In this document: positions 59,839-64,000 of the stretch, one piece after another
Layout: each line of letters starts with the position of its first letter
Position numbering within the stretch: the stretch's first letter is position 1
DNA from: Antedon mediterranea
Lineage: Eukaryota; Animalia; Echinodermata
Assembly (NCBI RefSeq): GCF_964355755.1
Contig: NC_092671.1
Span: 4,464,001-4,528,000, forward strand
DNA: 64,000 nucleotides
Direction: 5' to 3'
Notes under the pieces: generated by a model
What the model was told of the DNA's origin: nothing
What the model saw: the letters and a program-made list of their open reading frames with translations, nothing else
Databases searched by the model: none
Made by a program: the position numbers and the translations under genes

Positions 59839-60903
59839 TTACACACTAACAGTACGTGCAGTTATCTTCCTCCTGATTTTGCTAAAGAAGACGTCAACAA
59901 ATGCTTGTCTAAAAGTTTCATTTACTACATTATATATCAAAGGATTTACAGAAGAATTGAAATAACTTCCAAAGCGACAAACAGTCACTAGCCAATCTAA
60001 ATCATTTCCAATATAATCTAAAATAATTAACATAATGATGACATTCAACGGTATCAAGCAGAGAACATAAACTGTAACTGTCACAAAAACTGTCCAGAAT
60101 ATTTTCCTTTCAGATTTTGAACGTGGGTCCGTCTTGCAAGAATTCTTTACAACATTTCGGGATTGTCTTAAAGAATAAATCATAAGAAAACATAAAGTTA
60201 CAATAATCACATTAACGAGTATATTAACAACAAATTGAAACATCCACAACGCTGTACTTACTTCAATGTAGGTTTGCTTTAAATGACAGATAGTTTCGCA
60301 ATTTGATATGCCTCTATACATATCAGGCCAAGGAAGAATGACGGATACTCGTTCGTATAAAAAAGGTTGTACACAATTCACTGACAAAAACAATATCCAT
60401 ATAACTGCACACATTTTTACAGATCTTGAAAGAGTACCAAATCTACTTCTTTGAAACCAATAAGGTCTACAAATTGCCATATAACGTTCAATGGAAAGCC
60501 AGAAAATCGTACAAATTGCTACATGCCATGCAACAATAGTAAAGTAAGCTATCAAGTAATCGGACAGTTCACAAATTTTCTGATGTACTTCAATCGTATC
60601 GTATGCCGATATTAACTCAAATTTCCAAAAGGGTGCCATAATTAAAGATATTGTATCAGTTATTGCCAAATTGGCTAGATACACGTAAACTGATTTGCGT
60701 AATTTACTCACTATAACAATAAATGTCATGATATTGCCGACGATTCCGAAAGCGACAACAACAGGAATAACATTGTTGCGTAAAATCATGTCCAAGTCAC
60801 TAGGTAAGAACGTATCAATATAAGCATCATATTGACTCGTGCCAGATGTTGAATACGCGTATTCGGTTACATTATAGGATACATTGTCGACTGAACATGA
60901 CAT
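59839..60903 (-). CDS. Intronless class A GPCR, 354 aa
   Basis: GIVGN, NLAITD, SIERYMAICRP, LPWPDMYRGISN, NSSVNPLIY; intact counterpart of pseudogenes 10690-14905 and 39643-49853. Confidence 0.95.
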   Translation of the reverse strand: MSCSVDNVSYNVTEYAYSTSGTSQYDAYIDTFLPSDLDMILRNNVIPVVVAFGIVGNIMTFIVIVSKLRKSVYVYLANLAITDTISLIMAPFWKFELISAYDTIEVHQKICELSDYLIAYFTIVAWHVAICTIFWLSIERYMAICRPYWFQRSRFGTLSRSVKMCAVIWILFLSVNCVQPFLYERVSVILPWPDMYRGISNCETICHLKQTYIEVSTALWMFQFVVNILVNVIIVTLCFLMIYSLRQSRNVVKNSCKTDPRSKSERKIFWTVFVTVTVYVLCLIPLNVIIMLIILDYIGNDLDWLVTVCRFGSYFNSSVNPLIYNVVNETFRQAFVDVFFSKIRRKITARTVSV

Positions 60904-63509
60904 GTTTTTTTTCTGAACTGTTTCTCGGACTTATCTTGTTTATAAATAAACTATTAAAGTTTTCACTGCTTTTTCTTATCGAAATATTTTTCTACTTTAA
61001 AATATCGTTACCGTAACACATAATAGAAATGACTCACATTCAACAGAACGAACTCCTCCGATGACGTGAACGAATCCATGTTTAATGACACGATGAAAAT
61101 AGCGTTTGGAAACTGAGAAAAATACTTGGCAAAATAACAGAGGGCGCGCTATTTTATATTTTGGCCCATATTGACGGTAAAGATAACTTGTGTGATTTTA
61201 ATAAGCTTTTGTGACGTCATCAATAAACCATAACTCGATTGTATCCAAGACTATTGGTATAAATTGCTTACCTATTTACAAAAACAACTTTAGGACGTTA
61301 ACTTAAAACAATGCAATAACATACATCTAATAACATCTAAAAATATGCAATAAAAGAAAAATAGGTCAAGTAATATAAATAGTCAATGCATAAATAAATG
61401 ATTTATATCAATCTGTAATCAAACCTACACTTTCCTTTTCCACCAGCGCGCGGACGGCCACAAAAAAAAAAAAAACAACAAAAACTACATAATGCGCTGT
61501 TAAATTTACTATCCCAAACGCACGTTCTGATTTTAATCAGGCTCGGCGATTGGCTGTGACGTAGATGACATAATCAGTAGCCAATCGCCGGGCACTACAA
61601 TCATAAAATATCCTACAAATTAGGGAGATTCATGACAAATCCGCAGCCTATAGAATGAAAAGAAAAATGTGCACACGCAAAGACATTATTAATAAAAATA
61701 TTTTAAGAGGCAATATATTAACTTAAATGTTAGCTTTATAAACAGAACACAAGCACATCAACTAGAGTGGTTCTACAGTCAATATTACTTAATGGTTAGG
61801 CATTTAGTCCTACTTTATTTCTTAATAGATTACGGTACTATATTTTATCAAAAAAAAGGTTTTTATCAGAAATATTATCTAATGATTTTTATGAGGCATG
61901 CTATTTATAATATTTTATTTTTTTTAAGGATCTTTTAACTCCTATTTAAATAATTAAAGAAATATATATTGCTTAGAAGCAATTGGCTTAATATATCAGT
62001 GGTTTGTTTGTTTATTTATTATTCAGTAGTTTTAAAAATGGAATGATACATTAAAATGGCTGAAATAAAGTAATGTATATATTAAATAGCAAAAGGCATA
62101 TGCAGGCAAGCTTTCGAACATACTTACCTGTATAATATAATACTTTTCTTTGAAAAAGTTTCCAAACGTTCTGTTACTTAGATGAACGATCTTAGACCAG
62201 TAGCACTAACATCAGTTCAAAACATGCGAACGAATTCTTTTTAAATATCTGGCACCTCTAGTTACTGACTATGCTTATCCATTAAAATTTGCCTAGGTCT
62301 GGAGGTACCGTAGATACATTTGTTTTTTAATTTTAAGCTTTTAGGCACATGACCAATGATTATCAAAAGTATGTTAATCACTGTCATACAGGTGGTAACC
62401 CCCATGGCACAGGTTTTTAGTGGCGTGCAAGGCGACTCTACAGCTCACTATGTCGGTCGGTTGGTCGGATGGTCGGTCGGTTGGTAAACACTAACTCCAA
62501 TAATTTGAGCACGCGACTGCAGCCATGTATATTGCTTTGTTTTTATGTGAACCAGTTCACCGGGGTAAGCCACTACTAGTCTGGAATGATGATCATAGTG
62601 CACACGACCAAACAGTGTACACTGGACATACGGTTTATAGTCTATATATGAGAAAACTTGTTCCACCACCAGGAGTTAGTCGGTCAACGACTACCCTGCC
62701 TCAACTGTTGTGGCCAATCGAAACGTCCAGACATTCTCAACCATACTTTAATTACTTTTTAAAAAACATGGTACTCGGCAAACTTAACTTTACTTATATA
62801 TCTACATACTTAAGCTTTGTCTACACTATCAAACTAGTTGGCCAAAAAAGTGATATATGGTACTGACATGCCTAAATATGGTAGTGATATGCCCAAATAT
62901 GGTAGTGATATGCCCAAATATGGTAGTGATATGACATTATTTTATTTTATTTTTTATTTTATTTCATACTCATCCAACAGCGATTATGATGTATATATAA
63001 GGTCACACCACATTTGTTTTAGTCACATAAAGTTTGATAGTGTAGACAGAGCTTTAGGGGCAATATTTAATGACAAATCATAGTTAACTTTATCTGAGAC
63101 GAAAATGAAAGTTTTGTCGACTGGACGTGACAGTTTCCACTTGAAAATATTCTTTTTGTAAGTAAACTTGTTTAAATTTTGAACTGCGTCCTTGAAAATT
63201 GATTACCGAATAAATTACAAAATATAAGAAAAACATATCAGGTAATCTCCTGACTCTTACAATCAATATGCAACATAAATTACAAATTCATCATCTTCGT
63301 TCAGAACTATGACGTCAAACCGGACTGTAAGAGTTTATTATCAAAAGTACTTGAGCTTATAAGTCAGGATAACTGGCATTAGATAATGTATGTAATTATA
63401 ATAAAACGTTATGATAGTCATCTAAATAAAGAGAAACAAAGGTGGAGCAAGGGGTTGGTTAAGGCGGTTATTTGTTGTAGATAATTCGTTACTACTAAAA
63501 ACTCAACCT

Positions 63510-63764
63510 CCCAAAGCTGGTGCCACAATTAAAGACATTGTATTAGATATCGTCAAATTGGCTAGATACACGTAAACTGATTTGTGTAATTTACTCACTT
63601 ACAATTCCAAAGGCGACCATAACAGGAATGATATTGTAACGCAAAATCCTCTCCCAGTCACTAAGAAGGAACATATCTATGCAGGAATCATAGTCAGTCG
63701 TGTTAAATGTTGAACACCCGTATTCAGTTACATCAACGGATGCATTGTTACATGGAAATTACAT
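63510..63764 (-). pseudogene. GPCR 5' fragment, duplicate of 19685-19965
   Basis: Same ATG-TAA start and truncation point, plus an extra internal deletion. Confidence 0.87.
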
Positions 63765-64000
63765 TTTTTCTTCTGTTTAGTAATTAAAAATAATCGTATA
63801 AAGGTAACTACATGACCAGTAACATTGATAATAATAGTAATAGATGGTTTAGGCCTACAAATAACGACGATAGTGGTATGATAAACGATACGGTAAGTCC
63901 ACTTACAAACACGATTTTGTCAATACATCTAAGTAAAAGGATGTTTTTATGTATACCAATTTAGCTCAGCGCGAATTTCCTCCCAGTTCCAATTAATTAA

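Larger units (their letters stand above)
59580..64000 (+). repeat. Older paralogous segment of about 10400-20200, lacking three TE insertions
   Basis: Colinear with 10408-11049, 14258-15457, 16383-17560 and 18857-20200; continues to the window end. Confidence 0.93.

Noticed and set aside
62838-63083. Protein with DMPKYGS repeats
   Set aside because: Translation of a 21-bp minisatellite; the paralogous copy at 19088 is read in another frame.

Overview
Eukaryotic, AT-rich animal DNA, probably a marine invertebrate such as an echinoderm (inference from a Deu/Nin-domain SINE and the receptor type). The window is a tandem array of intronless class A (rhodopsin-like) GPCR genes, all on the minus strand. 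Five ORFs are intact (5914-6981, 21954-23018, 34983-36050, 51874-52914, 59839-60903) and there are about ten pseudogenes or fragments. The array grew by segmental duplication: 1-15655 recurs at 29070-50609 (initial offset 29069), and 51.7-64 kb is an older paralogous module that preserves empty sites for several insertions. The rest is a nested transposon landscape: L1/Tx1, RTE-X-like, CR1/L2-group and L2 LINEs, tRNA-derived SINEs, a non-autonomous Helitron family, and P-, MULE-, AcademH- and Kolobok-like non-autonomous elements. Most notable: (1) receptors are patchwork mosaics, with alternative TM6-ECL3-TM7 cassettes apparently exchanged between paralogs around an almost invariant ECL2 motif; (2) three tiny TIR-only palindromes flanked by 7-bp TSDs that look like P-element excision scars, one matching a full-length element in the window; (3) an L1/Tx1 copy ending in (TTAGGG)2-poly(A); (4) a Helitron inserted head-on into the internal satellite of its own family; (5) an abrupt identity step inside the 29-kb-offset duplication. 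No prokaryotic-type system (CRISPR, retron, DGR) is supported. All family assignments come from motif recognition by eye, not database searches.
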